Assembly (NCBI GenBank): GCA_026392275.1
Contig: JAPLCM010000149.1
Location: 1 to 53,462 of the forward strand
DNA: 53,462 bases
From: Actinomycetota bacterium
GTDB lineage: Bacteria; Actinomycetota; Thermoleophilia; UBA2241
Direction: 5' to 3'
Part shown: positions 20,191 through 30,870 of the stretch, in pieces
Layout of the letters: every line of letters begins with the position of its first letter
How positions within the stretch are numbered: the first letter of the stretch is position 1
Translations under genes and position numbers: made by a program
The notes under the pieces: model-generated
Databases searched by the model: none
What the model was told of the DNA's origin: nothing
The model's input: the letters and a program-made list of their open reading frames with translations, nothing else

Positions 20191-20964
20191 ATGTTGCTCG
20201 TCGCGGACGTGGGCAACACCCAGACACACGTCGGCCTCATGGACGGCGGGGACGTCGTCGGCGAGTGGCGTCTCGCCACCGTGCGCCACCGCACGAGCGA
20301 TGAGATCGCGGGTCTTCTGCAGGGGTTCTTCTCGTTGCAGGGCACGATGCTTCGGGGCACCGTCGACGAAGTCGGCATCGCCTCGGTGGTCCCGCGCCTC
20401 ACGCAGCAGTGGGTCGAGATGTGCGAGAAGCACCTGGGGGTGGAGGCGTTCGTCGTCGGGCCCGGGGCGCGGACCGGGATGCGCATCGCCATGAAGAACC
20501 CCGCCGAGGTCGGCGCCGACCGGATCGTCAATGCCGTCGCCGCGTTTGAGCGGTACGGTGGTCCCTGCATCGTCGCCGACTACGGCACCGCCACCACCTT
20601 CGACGTCATCTCGGCCGAAGGCGACTACCTGGGAGGCGTCATCGCGCCGGGCATCGAGGTGTCGCTGGAGGCTCTCACGACGCGCGCCGCCAAGCTCATC
20701 AAGGTGGAACTGGTCGAACCCGAGCGCGCCATCGGCAAGTCGACCACCGAGGCTCTTCAGTCGGGAGCGGTGTATGGCTTCGCCGGCGAGATCGAGGGCA
20801 TCGTGCACGCAATCTGGGCCGAGCTCGGCGCGCGCGCGCAGGTGATCGCCACCGGCGGCCTCGCCGAGCTCATCGCCCGGCACACCGACGTGATCAGCGC
20901 CGTCGATCCCCTGCTCACCCTGCGCGGCATCGAGATCGTCATGCGCCGCCAGCAGCGGACCTGA
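20191..20964 (+). CDS. coaX: Type III pantothenate kinase
   Basis: DVGNT, GADRIVN, DYGTATTFD, GGVIAPG, ATGG. Confidence 0.96.
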   Translation: MLLVADVGNTQTHVGLMDGGDVVGEWRLATVRHRTSDEIAGLLQGFFSLQGTMLRGTVDEVGIASVVPRLTQQWVEMCEKHLGVEAFVVGPGARTGMRIAMKNPAEVGADRIVNAVAAFERYGGPCIVADYGTATTFDVISAEGDYLGGVIAPGIEVSLEALTTRAAKLIKVELVEPERAIGKSTTEALQSGAVYGFAGEIEGIVHAIWAELGARAQVIATGGLAELIARHTDVISAVDPLLTLRGIEIVMRRQQRT

Positions 20965-20975
20965 CGGAGGCTGCG

Positions 20976-21992
20976 GTGGCGACCCCGCCGTCTGAGACGC
21001 CGGGTCACGGGCGCGCCGCCGCGGCGCCCGGCGCCGGCGCCGTCGATCCTCTCCATGAGCCGCTGCGCCTCGGCGCGCTGGCGCTCGACCGGCGCCTGTT
21101 CATGGCGCCGATGGCCGGCATCACGGGCCTCGCCTTTCGCCGCAGCGTGCGCCGCTGGGGCGCGGGTCTCGCGTTCACCGAGATGATCTCAGCCTACGGT
21201 GTGCACTATCGCAACCGCCGCACGCTCGACTACCTGGCGTGCGGGCCCGACGAGCACCCCCTGGGCTTCCAGCTTTTCGGCGCAGACGCGAGCGTGCTCG
21301 CGGACGCGGCGGCGCGTTGCGTGGCCGCGGGCGCTGATCTGGTGGACCTCAACATGGCCTGTCCGATGCGCAAGGTCGTCAAGACCGGCGCCGGTGCGGC
21401 GCTTCTCGGCGATCCGGACGGCGCCGCGGCGATCGTCGCCGCGGTGGTCGGCGCCGTCGAGGGTCGAGTCCCCGTGACCGTCAAGATCCGCTCTGGGCTG
21501 CGCGAGGGTGACGAGGCGGGGCGCCGCACTGCCCCCCGCCTCGTCGCCGCGGGCGCCGCCGCCGTCTGCATCCACCCTCGTACCGCGAGCCAGATGTACC
21601 GCGGGCGCGCCGACCATGCCGTCACGTTCGCTCTGGCGGCGGAGCTGCCCGTCCCCGTGATCGCCTCCGGCGACGTGGACGGCCGCGCCGCGGCCCTCGC
21701 CCTGCTCGAGGGCGGCGCGGCCGCCGTGATGCTTGCCCGCCATGCCGTCGGTCACCCCTGGCTCTTCGCCGAGATCCTCTGCAACGCGGAGCCTCCCTCC
21801 CACGAAGCGCGTCTCGCCGAGGTGCGTCGCTTCACCGGTGAGGCGATGGAAGGTATGGGCGCTCGATCTGTGGGCTATCTGCGCCAGTTCTGGCCGCGGT
21901 ACCGGCGCGCCGGCGTCCTCGACAAGGAGCTCGCCCACGCGCTGATGCTCGCCCCCGACGCGCCGGCCGCGCGCGCGCTGCTCGGTATGTGA
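20976..21992 (+). CDS. dusB: tRNA-dihydrouridine synthase
   Basis: APMAGIT, QLFG, DLNMACP, GAGAALL, VKIRSG, HPRT. Confidence 0.88.
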   Translation: MATPPSETPGHGRAAAAPGAGAVDPLHEPLRLGALALDRRLFMAPMAGITGLAFRRSVRRWGAGLAFTEMISAYGVHYRNRRTLDYLACGPDEHPLGFQLFGADASVLADAAARCVAAGADLVDLNMACPMRKVVKTGAGAALLGDPDGAAAIVAAVVGAVEGRVPVTVKIRSGLREGDEAGRRTAPRLVAAGAAAVCIHPRTASQMYRGRADHAVTFALAAELPVPVIASGDVDGRAAALALLEGGAAAVMLARHAVGHPWLFAEILCNAEPPSHEARLAEVRRFTGEAMEGMGARSVGYLRQFWPRYRRAGVLDKELAHALMLAPDAPAARALLGM

Positions 21993-22024
21993 CCGGCACC
22001 GGCCCTGCTGCCTTCGCCGCACGT

Positions 22025-22053
22025 TTGCGCATCGCGAAATCATGACCTATACT
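22025..22053 (+). promoter_or_regulatory. Sigma-A-like promoter for greA-lysS
   Basis: TTGCGC-N17-TATACT. Confidence 0.6.
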
Positions 22054-22118
22054 TTCCGACTTGTTCGGCGCGCGGTCCCGGTTCGGGGCCGCGTTGCCGT
22101 GTAGACGAGGAGGAACCA

Positions 22119-22598
22119 GTGGTCGACCGCGAGATCATCCTCACGCCCGAGGGCTTTCAGCGCCTCAAAGAGGAGATCGAATACCTCTCGAGCGTCAAGC
22201 GCGATGAGGTGGCGGAGCGCATCCGCGCCGCGCGTGACTTTGGCGACATCTCCGAGAACTCCGAGTTCGACGACGCCAAGAACGAGCAGGCCATGCTCGA
22301 GTCGCGCATCTACTCTCTTGAGGATCGGCTGCGCAGCGCCATCGTCATCGACGCCGACGCCATCACCACCGACAAGGTCGGGGTGGGCACCAAGGTCACC
22401 CTGCAGGACATGAAGGCCGGCGACGTCGTGCAGTATTCCATCGTCGGCTCCGCCGAGGCCGATCCCGCTGCCCACAAGCTCTCCAACGAGTCGCCGGTGG
22501 GCAGCGCTATCATGGGCCACAGGCCGGGCGACAAGGTGACGGTGAGCGTTCCGCAGGGCTCCAAGAAGTTCAAGGTCCTCACCATCGAAAAGGCCTGA
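22119..22598 (+). CDS. greA: Transcription elongation factor GreA
   Basis: LTPEG, GDISENSE, EADP, SNESPVG. Confidence 0.97.
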   Translation: MVDREIILTPEGFQRLKEEIEYLSSVKRDEVAERIRAARDFGDISENSEFDDAKNEQAMLESRIYSLEDRLRSAIVIDADAITTDKVGVGTKVTLQDMKAGDVVQYSIVGSAEADPAAHKLSNESPVGSAIMGHRPGDKVTVSVPQGSKKFKVLTIEKA

Positions 22599-22609
22599 CG
22601 GCTCCCGCG

Positions 22610-24097
22610 GTGGACGAGCACAGCGAGCTCGCCGGCGGCGTCTTCGCCGAGCGGCGCGCCAAGCTCGCCGCCTGGCGTGCTGCCGGAGACGTCTACCCCA
22701 CCAAGTACCAGCCGCGCCACGAGATCGGGACGCTGAACGAGACCTACGCCGATCTCGAGGCGGGCCAGGACTCCGGCGACGTGCGCCGCATCGCCGGTCG
22801 CGTGATGGCCCGCCGCGTGCACGGCAAGCTCACCTTCGTGGTCCTCGAAGACTCCAGCGGCGAGCTGCAGCTGTTCGCCCAGCTCGACTCCCTCGGCGCG
22901 GAGCGCTACGCGGCGATGGAGCACGTCGACCTCGGCGACTTCGTCGGCGCCGAGGGCACCGTCATGCGCACCAGGCGCGGCGAGCTCAGCCTGCGCGTCG
23001 CGTCGTGGGAGCTGCTCTCCAAGTCGCTGCGACCCATGCCCGAGAAGTTCCACGGCCTCACCGACGTGGAGACCAGGTACCGCAGGCGCTACCTCGACCT
23101 CATGGTCAACGACGCCTCCCGCGAGGTGTTTGTCAAGCGCGCCCACATCATCCGCGCCATCCGCGAGTTTCTCGACGGGCGCGGCTTCATCGAGGTCGAG
23201 ACGCCCGTGCTCCAGCCGCTCTACGGCGGCGCGCTGGCGCGGCCGTTCACCACCCACCACAACGAGCTCGAGCGCGACCTCTACCTGCGCATCGCCACCG
23301 AGCTGTACCTCAAGCGCTGCATCATCGGCGGCCTCGACCGCGTCTACGAGATGGGCAAGGACTTCCGCAACGAGGGCGTGAGCTTCAAGCACAATCCCGA
23401 GTTCACGATGCTCGAGACCTACGAGGCCTACGTCGACTACAACTTCGTGATGGACATGGTCGAGCAGATGGTCGCCGAGGCGGCTCGCGCCGTCGGCGAT
23501 CTCAAGGTCACCTTCCGCGACCACGAGATCGACCTCACGCCGCCCTGGCCGCGCCTCACGATGCGCATGGCAATCGAGAACGAGACCGGCATCGACATCG
23601 GCGCCGACGACGCGCGCACCGTGGCCGATCTCCAGGCCGCCATCAAGGCGAAGGGGCTCGACGAGTCCGTGCCGCTCGCACCTGCGTGGGGGGCCCAGGT
23701 CGATGAGCTGTTCAGCGAGTGCGTCGAGCCCAAGCTCATCCAACCGGTGTTTATCACCGAGCACCCGCTCGAGACTAGCCCGTTCGCCAAGAAGACGCCG
23801 CACGACCCGCGCTTCGTCGAGCGCTTCGAGGGCTTCATCGCCGGCATGGAACTGAGCAACGCCTTCAGCGAGCTCAACGACCCCGAGGACCAGCGCGAGC
23901 GCTTCGTGCAGCAGATGCAGGACCTCGCCGACGGCGACGAGACCGCCCATCGCCTCGACGAGGACTTCCTCGAAGCGATGGAGCACGGCATGCCCCCCAC
24001 CGGCGGCATGGGCATGGGCATCGACAGGCTGGTGATGGTGCTCACCGGCGCGCCGTCGATCCGCGACGTCGTGCTGTTCCCGGCGCTGCGCGGCTGA
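22610..24097 (+). CDS. lysS: Lysine--tRNA ligase (class II)
   Basis: OB fold, RYRRRYLDL, YLRIATELYLKR, FRNEG, HNPEFT, GMGIDR. Confidence 0.98.
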   Translation: MDEHSELAGGVFAERRAKLAAWRAAGDVYPTKYQPRHEIGTLNETYADLEAGQDSGDVRRIAGRVMARRVHGKLTFVVLEDSSGELQLFAQLDSLGAERYAAMEHVDLGDFVGAEGTVMRTRRGELSLRVASWELLSKSLRPMPEKFHGLTDVETRYRRRYLDLMVNDASREVFVKRAHIIRAIREFLDGRGFIEVETPVLQPLYGGALARPFTTHHNELERDLYLRIATELYLKRCIIGGLDRVYEMGKDFRNEGVSFKHNPEFTMLETYEAYVDYNFVMDMVEQMVAEAARAVGDLKVTFRDHEIDLTPPWPRLTMRMAIENETGIDIGADDARTVADLQAAIKAKGLDESVPLAPAWGAQVDELFSECVEPKLIQPVFITEHPLETSPFAKKTPHDPRFVERFEGFIAGMELSNAFSELNDPEDQRERFVQQMQDLADGDETAHRLDEDFLEAMEHGMPPTGGMGMGIDRLVMVLTGAPSIRDVVLFPALRG

Positions 24098-24160
24098 CGC
24101 GCGAACGACCGGGACAGCCGGTCTTCGACAGCCGAGCCGGGGCCCAAGACCGTTGCTCGC

Positions 24161-24298
24161 CTACGCGCGCTTGCTGTGATCTACCGCCTTCAGGATCCTG
24201 AGATTCAGCACGACGAAGCGCAAGAACTGATACGGCTTGTTGTTCATCCAGAAGCGGTCTCTGTCTGTGAGCTCGAGTCTTTCTTCGGCACCGTTCAT
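24161..24298 (-). CDS. Small hypothetical protein downstream of SQR (about 45 aa)
   Basis: GGAG then ATGATGATG; protein-like sequence FWMNNKPYQFLRFVVLNLRILK; the exact start among three ATGs is uncertain. Confidence 0.6.
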   Translation of the reverse strand: MNGAEERLELTDRDRFWMNNKPYQFLRFVVLNLRILKAVDHSKRA

Positions 24299-24377
24299 CA
24301 TCATCTCCGAGCATCTCGGTCGCCGGCCTGAGCCGGTCGGGGTCCAGGGTGCCACATCACGGCGTCGCTCGACGTCT

Positions 24378-25817
24378 TCACTCGGGGATCAGGCGCCAGC
24401 CGACGCGCCCCTGGAGCTTGTGCCTGAACGCGCTGTGGAGCATGCGCTTCATCCACGCGCCGGCCAGACCCATCTCCATATGAGTGACGAAAGCGTCGCG
24501 CCCATCATCGTTGGGATAGCGCTGATGATCCGGGACCACCGGGTACATCGTGATCGTCGCTGCCGATCCGTCCCAGAGCGAGTCGCCCATCGACGCGATA
24601 CAGGCGGCCGCCATCTCGGTCAGGCGTTCGCCGTGCGTCATGCGGCCCAGCGTCACCAGGTCGATGACGTTCTTGGCCACGACGCGTCCGATGACGCCCG
24701 ACACCATGCCGGTGCGTGGTGGGGCGGCCGTGATGCTGGTGCCGTTGGGGGTGACGTGGGGCTGCGAGATGGGGCCCGGCGGCGCGAAGGCGATGCCGGC
24801 CGCGAAGATGCTCCCGTACTCGGGGCTCTGGTAGACCCTCGGCCAGGACTGGGGATCACCGATCGTGGTCTCGTAGGGCCGGCCGTAGATGCCGTCGACG
24901 ATCACGAACCCAGCCGGGTTCACGACCTTCGCGGAGACATCGTCGCCGTTCGCGCCGATGTACTTGAGCGGCATCCCCGTGAACTGCGGGATGAGCATGG
25001 CGAAGTCATACGTGGTCTCGCCGAAGCGGCCCTCGTAGTCTTCCCAGTGGACGGCGTTCTCGTCGACCTCGAGGACCCCTCTTCGCACCTGTGAGGCGAT
25101 GCCGTACTCGCGAAACACGGCGGCGATGAACGCTTCGCTCGACAGCAGGCGCCCGCGACGTCGGGCCGTGATGCCGCCCACACCGAAGTCGCCCGGGGCG
25201 CGCTCGTTCGAGAGCCAGACGAGCTCCGCCCGGTCGCGCACTCCGTGCCGCAACAGGTCTTTGTGGATGTTGGTGATGTACTCGAAGGCCGCCCCCTGAC
25301 ACGTTGCGCCTGGATGCCCCGTGCCGACCACCAGCTTGCGCCTCTCACCCTTCTTCATGCGGGCCACGTCTTCCAGGTACGCGTCGCGGCTCGCCACGGC
25401 GTGCGTCTCCGTGCAGATCGAATGGGTGTGGCCCGCCTCAGGTCCCAGCCCGGGGGTCGCCGCGAAGTTCAGGCGCGGGCCGGTGGCGACGATCAGGTGG
25501 TCGTAGTCGACGCGGACCTGCTGGTTGACGCCGTCGCCGTTCTTCTCGGCGACCACGAAGCGCTCGTCCGGGTGCACTTCGACGGCCTTGCCGGGCAAGA
25601 AATGGACGTGCATCCTGTCGTACACGGGGCGCAGCGAGAACCGCGTCTTCTCGGGCTTCATGTGCCCTACCCCCACCCACACCAGCGACGGCAGGTACAG
25701 GAATCGCTCGGAGGTGTTGATCATCGTGATGTCGTGCTGCGTGCCGAGGGTGCTGCCCAGGTAGAGGGCGGCCGTATGACCGGCGAATCCGGCACCGATG
25801 ATGACCACTCTCGCCAT
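24378..25817 (-). CDS. sqr: Sulfide:quinone oxidoreductase
   Basis: GAGFAG FAD motif; three Cys motifs (HSICT, TCQGAAFEY, AACIASMG); IFAAGIA, PPRTG. Confidence 0.85.
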   Translation of the reverse strand: MARVVIIGAGFAGHTAALYLGSTLGTQHDITMINTSERFLYLPSLVWVGVGHMKPEKTRFSLRPVYDRMHVHFLPGKAVEVHPDERFVVAEKNGDGVNQQVRVDYDHLIVATGPRLNFAATPGLGPEAGHTHSICTETHAVASRDAYLEDVARMKKGERRKLVVGTGHPGATCQGAAFEYITNIHKDLLRHGVRDRAELVWLSNERAPGDFGVGGITARRRGRLLSSEAFIAAVFREYGIASQVRRGVLEVDENAVHWEDYEGRFGETTYDFAMLIPQFTGMPLKYIGANGDDVSAKVVNPAGFVIVDGIYGRPYETTIGDPQSWPRVYQSPEYGSIFAAGIAFAPPGPISQPHVTPNGTSITAAPPRTGMVSGVIGRVVAKNVIDLVTLGRMTHGERLTEMAAACIASMGDSLWDGSAATITMYPVVPDHQRYPNDDGRDAFVTHMEMGLAGAWMKRMLHSAFRHKLQGRVGWRLIPE

Positions 25818-25940
25818 GGCTTCCTCCCGACGAACCACGTCCGATCCCATGAACTGGTTCCACGATAGTACTTTTCCGCGAGGGTTGCTGCGCCGTTCGG
25901 GGTACGTCTCGCCGCACGGCGGCCGTGGCCGCGGGCAGGA

Positions 25941-28076
25941 TCAGGTCGTGGACGCTGCCGGATCGCCCGGGACGGTGGCGTCCACGGCGTCGAGCGTCGT
26001 CGCCGCGCTCCTGGTCCACCGCGGCCCCGGCCAGCCGGCCTTGGGGCCAATCGCCAGCGTGAGCCCCGGCACCAGCGCGGTGCGCACCAGGAAGGTGTCG
26101 AGGAGCACGCCGAGCGCCACCCCGATGCTGATCTCGGCGAGGTCCTTGACCGGCTGGGACAGCAGGATCAGGAAGGTGCCGGCGAGGATGATGCCGGCGC
26201 TGGTGAGAACGCCGCCGGTGGCGGCCAGCGCCTTCACGGTGCCGTCACGCAGCCCGCACAGCATCGCTTCGCCGCGGATCCGCGTGGTGATGAAGATGTT
26301 GTAGTCGCTGCCCAGGGCCACGAGGAAGATGAACATGTAGAGCGGGATGCGGTAGCTGATGCGCTCCCAGCCGAGGATCTTCTCGGTGATGAGGATCGTA
26401 CCGCCGAGCGCCGCCAGGTATGAGAGCAGGTTGGTGGCCAGGAGATAGAGTGGCGCCACGAGCGCGCGCAGCAGCGCGGCGAGGATGACGCCGACGACGA
26501 CGAGCGCGATCACGGCCACCACCAGCGTGTCCCGGTTGCTCAGTGCCCACGTGTCGGCCTGGATGGCCGTGGGCCCGCCGACCAGCGCCGTCGCCTGACC
26601 GGCGGCGGCGGCCTTGCGGGCCGTCTCCCTGAGCCGGCGCACCTGTTGCAGCGCCTCTTTGGAGTAGGGGTCGCCCTCAAGAATAACCTGGAAGCTCAGG
26701 AGCTTGCCGTCGTCGGCAGTCCCGGTGGGGAAGGCCGCGGCGACGCCCGGGCTCTTGTTCAGGGCGCCGACGAGCATGCCGGTGACGTACTCGGGCGGCG
26801 CCTGCGGGGCCTGGATGAGCACGGTCGTCGGCGCCAGGCTGCCCTTGGGGAAGTGCTTCTCGAGCAGCGCATAACCCTGCTTGGAGGGCATGTCCTTGAG
26901 GAAGTCCTCGGTGAAGCTGAAGCGTGGGCTGTAGAAGAGGCAGCCGAGGGCCAGCACGACGAGGATGACGGTGACGAGGCCCGCCGCGCGCTTCGGCGCG
27001 GCGGCGACCCGCTCGGCGATGCGCTGCCAGGTGCGGTGCTCGGTCGGGTCGCCGAGCTTCGGGCGCCGCGGCCAGAAGGCCCGCCGGCCGAGCAGCGCGA
27101 GCAGGGCGGGCATCAGGGTGAGGCCGGCGATGAGAGTGACGAACACGCCCAGACCCAGCACCGGTGCGAACGACGTGTAGTCGCCGTAGTTCGCGAACAA
27201 CAGGGCGAGGACGGCCAGCGTCACGGTCAGGCCGCTGGCGGCGATCGCCTCCCAGGTCTCGCCGAGCGCCGTGGACAGGGCGACGCGCGCGTCGCTCTCA
27301 CGGCGCAGTTCCTCGCGGTACCGCGAGATGAGCAGCAGCCCGTAGTCGGTGCCGGCCCCGAAGAGGAGGATCACCATCAGCGACGTGGCCTGGCCGGAGA
27401 GAGTCACGTCCAGGGCTGTGGCGATCTGCGCGAGGATGCCGCCGGCCACGAAGTAGCCGAAGCCCACGGCGAGCAGGGGGACGAACGGAAGGACCGGCGA
27501 GCGGTAGATGACGAGCAGGAGGATGAGCACGAGCATCACCGTGCCGAGGAGGAGCTTCACATCGGCGTTGAGGAAGATCCGGTACACGTCGGTGATGAGG
27601 CCGCCGGGGCCGGTGACCCGCACCTGCATGGTGTTCACCGAGTCACCGAAGTGGTCGCCGATCGCCTGCACGGAGTCACGGAAGGCTTCGTCGCCGGGGT
27701 TGCCGGCGAGGCTGGCGAAGATCAGGGCGCCCTTGCCGTCGGGCGAGTACTCGACGCGGGCGCTGTTGATGGGCTCGGCGCCGCCGGTGAGCCAGGCCTC
27801 GCCCTCGGCGATCGCCGCTTTGTCGGCCTCGGTGAGCTGAGCCTCAGAGCTGTACACGACGATGATCGGCGTGCCCTTGGCGTCGGCGAACGACGCCTGC
27901 TGCAGCGCGTCGGCGCGTTTGCTCTCGAGACTCGCCGGCAGCGACTTGGAGGCGTCGTTACTGGTCACGCTCTGGAGCTTGGGGCCGGTGGCCAGGCCGC
28001 CGGCAACGAGCACCCAGATGGCGATCACGATCCACGGGTGTCTGCCGCGCGTGCTCCAGGTGATGATGTTCCGCAT
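25941..28076 (-). CDS. MMPL family RND transporter
   Basis: Two repeats with GAGTDYGLLLISRYREE and ALGSDYNIF; LDTFLVRT. Confidence 0.92.
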   Translation of the reverse strand: MRNIITWSTRGRHPWIVIAIWVLVAGGLATGPKLQSVTSNDASKSLPASLESKRADALQQASFADAKGTPIIVVYSSEAQLTEADKAAIAEGEAWLTGGAEPINSARVEYSPDGKGALIFASLAGNPGDEAFRDSVQAIGDHFGDSVNTMQVRVTGPGGLITDVYRIFLNADVKLLLGTVMLVLILLLVIYRSPVLPFVPLLAVGFGYFVAGGILAQIATALDVTLSGQATSLMVILLFGAGTDYGLLLISRYREELRRESDARVALSTALGETWEAIAASGLTVTLAVLALLFANYGDYTSFAPVLGLGVFVTLIAGLTLMPALLALLGRRAFWPRRPKLGDPTEHRTWQRIAERVAAAPKRAAGLVTVILVVLALGCLFYSPRFSFTEDFLKDMPSKQGYALLEKHFPKGSLAPTTVLIQAPQAPPEYVTGMLVGALNKSPGVAAAFPTGTADDGKLLSFQVILEGDPYSKEALQQVRRLRETARKAAAAGQATALVGGPTAIQADTWALSNRDTLVVAVIALVVVGVILAALLRALVAPLYLLATNLLSYLAALGGTILITEKILGWERISYRIPLYMFIFLVALGSDYNIFITTRIRGEAMLCGLRDGTVKALAATGGVLTSAGIILAGTFLILLSQPVKDLAEISIGVALGVLLDTFLVRTALVPGLTLAIGPKAGWPGPRWTRSAATTLDAVDATVPGDPAASTT

Positions 28077-28303
28077 GTCTTCGAGCCCCCTGCCGGCGAT
28101 GGACGGTAGCGCTTCGACGCCCATCATAGCCGCGGCTGCGTCGACCGGCGCTCGGCGCCGGGTCGCGTCTCGCCGGGAATCGGGTACCATTGTGCTACGT
28201 CACGCTTCCGGGGGGTACGCTGGAGGCTGAGAGCAAGCACCCGGTGGCCGCCACCGTCCTTAGCCATCACGACGCGGCCCCGCCTTCCGGAAGGAGTTGC
28301 CGG

Positions 28304-30862
28304 ATGTTCGAACGATTCACCGAACGCGCCAGGCAGGTCGTCGTCCTCGCGCAAGAAGAAGCCAGGGCGCTCAAGCACAACTACATCGGCACTGAGCATC
28401 TGTTGCTCGGATTGCTGCGCGAAGAAGAAGGCGTGGCCGCGCGCGTTCTCGATAGCCTCGAAGTCTCGGTAGAAGAGGTACGCGCCGCCGTGGTACGCAT
28501 CGTCGGCTCCGGCGAAGAGTCGCCGCAGGGCCAGATCCCGTTCACGCCGCGCGCCAAGAAGGTGCTCGAGCTGGCGCTGCGCGAGGCGCTCTCGCTGGGC
28601 CACAACTACATCGGCACCGAGCACATCCTTCTGGGCCTGGTGCGCGAGGACGAAGGCGTGGCCGCGCGCATCCTGCTCGATCTGGACGCCGAGCCCGAGA
28701 AGATCCGCAGCGAGGTCATGCGCGCGCTCAGCGGCCCCGGCCGCCGCGGCCAGCAGCAGGGCGGCGGCGAGAGCAAGCGCCAGGCGAAGGTGCTCGAGCA
28801 GTTCGGCCGCAACCTCACCAAGCTGGCCGAAGACGGCAAGCTCGACCCCTGCATCGGGCGCACCACCGAGATCGAGCGCGTCATGCAGATCCTCAGCCGG
28901 CGCACGAAGAACAACCCCGTGCTCATCGGCGAGCCCGGCGTGGGCAAGACGGCCATCGTCGAAGGCTTTTCGCAGCGCATCTCCAACCACGAGGTGCCCG
29001 AGCTTCTCAAAGGCAAGCAGGTCTTCAGTCTCGACCTTGCCGCCCTCGTTGCAGGCTCCAAGTACCGCGGCGAGTTCGAAGAGCGCCTCAAGAAGGTCAT
29101 CAAGGAGATCCACGACACCGGCGACATCATCCTCTTCATCGACGAGTTGCATAACCTCGTGGGCGCCGGCGCCGCGGAAGGCGCCATCGACGCCGCCAGT
29201 ATCCTCAAGCCGGCACTGGCGCGTGGAGAGCTGCAGACCATCGGCGCGACCACCATGGACGAGTACCGCAAGTACCTGGAGCGCGACGCCGCTCTGGAGC
29301 GCCGCTTTCAGCAGATCAAGGTGGCCGAGCCGTCGGTCGAGGAGACCGTCGAGATCCTCAAGGGTCTCCGCGACCGCTACGAGGCCCACCACCGCATCCG
29401 CATCACCGACGAAGCGCTCGCCTCCGCGGCCGAGCTCGCCGACCGCTACATCAGCGACCGGTTTCTGCCCGACAAGGCGATCGACCTCATCGACGAGGCC
29501 GCCAGTCGCATGCGCATCCGCACCATGACGGCGCCGCCCAGCTACCGCGAGCTCGAAGAGGAGATCTCCGGGGTGCGCAAGGAGAAAGAGGCGGCCATCG
29601 AGGCGCAGGAGTTCGAGAAGGCTGCCAACCTGCGCGACAAGGAACGCAAGCTCAGCCACAAGAAGCTCGAGCTTGAAGACCAGTGGAAGACCAGCGACGA
29701 GGGCATGCGGGCGAGCATCGGCGAAGACGAGATCGCCGAGATCGTGAGCATGTGGACGGGCATCCCTGTGATCAAGATCACTGAGGCCGAGAGCCAGAAG
29801 CTCCTGCGCATGGAGGACGAACTGCACGTGCGGCTTGTCGGGCAGGATCCGGCGGTGCGCGCCGTCAGCAAGGCCATCCGCCGCAGCCGCGCCGGGCTCA
29901 AGGACCCCCGGCGCCCCACCGGCTCCTTCATCTTCCTGGGCCCCTCGGGCGTGGGCAAGACGGAGCTGGCGCGCACGCTGGCCGCATTCCTCTTTGGCGA
30001 CGAGGACCACCTTGTGCAGATCGACATGAGCGAGTACATGGAGAAGCACTCCGTGTCGCGGCTCGTCGGCTCGCCGCCCGGCTACGTGGGCCACGACGAA
30101 GGCGGCCAGCTCACCGAGATCGTGCGCCGCAAGCCGTACAGCGTCATCCTTTTCGACGAGATCGAGAAGGCGCACCCCGACGTGTTCAACATCCTGCTGC
30201 AGATCCTCGAAGACGGGCGGCTCACCGATTCCCAGGGCCGCACGGTCGACTTCCGCAATGCCATCCTCATCATGACCAGCAACATCGGCGCGGCGATGAT
30301 CACCAAGGACACGCCGCTGGGCTTCGGTCAGACGGCCAACCAAGGCATGACCTACGACGACATGAAGGGCCGCATCACCGGTGAGCTCAAGCGCGTCTTC
30401 AAGCCCGAGTTCCTCAACCGCGTCGACGAGGTCATCGTCTTCCACAAGCTCGAACGCGTCGAGATCGGCGCCATCGTCGACCTCATGATCGCGCGCCTGC
30501 AGCAGCAGCTCGACCCCAGCGGGGTCACCCTGCAGCTCACCGACGCCGGTCGCGAGGTGCTTGTCGAGAAGGGCTTCGACCCTATGCTCGGGGCGCGCCC
30601 TCTGCGGCGCGCCATCCAGCGCTACATCGAAGACAAGCTCAGCGACGCGATGCTGGCGCGGAAGTTCCCGGAGGGCACGGTCATCCTGGTGGACGGCGAG
30701 CTCGAGGACACCGTGCTCACGGTGAACGGCGAGGTTGTTGGGGGCAGCGTCGAGTTGCCGATGGTCGGCCTCGACGAGCCGGTTGCCCAGGGCGTGTTCC
30801 CCGTCTCGTCGTCGCGCGGCGACGACGGCCCCGACGCCGGCGGCGCGGCCGCCGGCGCCTGA
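28304..30862 (+). CDS. clpC: ATP-dependent Clp protease ATP-binding subunit ClpC
   Basis: [10 protein letters not shown], two Clp-N repeats, two AAA modules, UVR middle domain, MVGL near the C-terminus. Confidence 0.97.
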   Translation: MFERFTERARQVVVLAQEEARALKHNYIGTEHLLLGLLREEEGVAARVLDSLEVSVEEVRAAVVRIVGSGEESPQGQIPFTPRAKKVLELALREALSLGHNYIGTEHILLGLVREDEGVAARILLDLDAEPEKIRSEVMRALSGPGRRGQQQGGGESKRQAKVLEQFGRNLTKLAEDGKLDPCIGRTTEIERVMQILSRRTKNNPVLIGEPGVGKTAIVEGFSQRISNHEVPELLKGKQVFSLDLAALVAGSKYRGEFEERLKKVIKEIHDTGDIILFIDELHNLVGAGAAEGAIDAASILKPALARGELQTIGATTMDEYRKYLERDAALERRFQQIKVAEPSVEETVEILKGLRDRYEAHHRIRITDEALASAAELADRYISDRFLPDKAIDLIDEAASRMRIRTMTAPPSYRELEEEISGVRKEKEAAIEAQEFEKAANLRDKERKLSHKKLELEDQWKTSDEGMRASIGEDEIAEIVSMWTGIPVIKITEAESQKLLRMEDELHVRLVGQDPAVRAVSKAIRRSRAGLKDPRRPTGSFIFLGPSGVGKTELARTLAAFLFGDEDHLVQIDMSEYMEKHSVSRLVGSPPGYVGHDEGGQLTEIVRRKPYSVILFDEIEKAHPDVFNILLQILEDGRLTDSQGRTVDFRNAILIMTSNIGAAMITKDTPLGFGQTANQGMTYDDMKGRITGELKRVFKPEFLNRVDEVIVFHKLERVEIGAIVDLMIARLQQQLDPSGVTLQLTDAGREVLVEKGFDPMLGARPLRRAIQRYIEDKLSDAMLARKFPEGTVILVDGELEDTVLTVNGEVVGGSVELPMVGLDEPVAQGVFPVSSSRGDDGPDAGGAAAGA

Positions 30863-30870
30863 CGGCGGCT

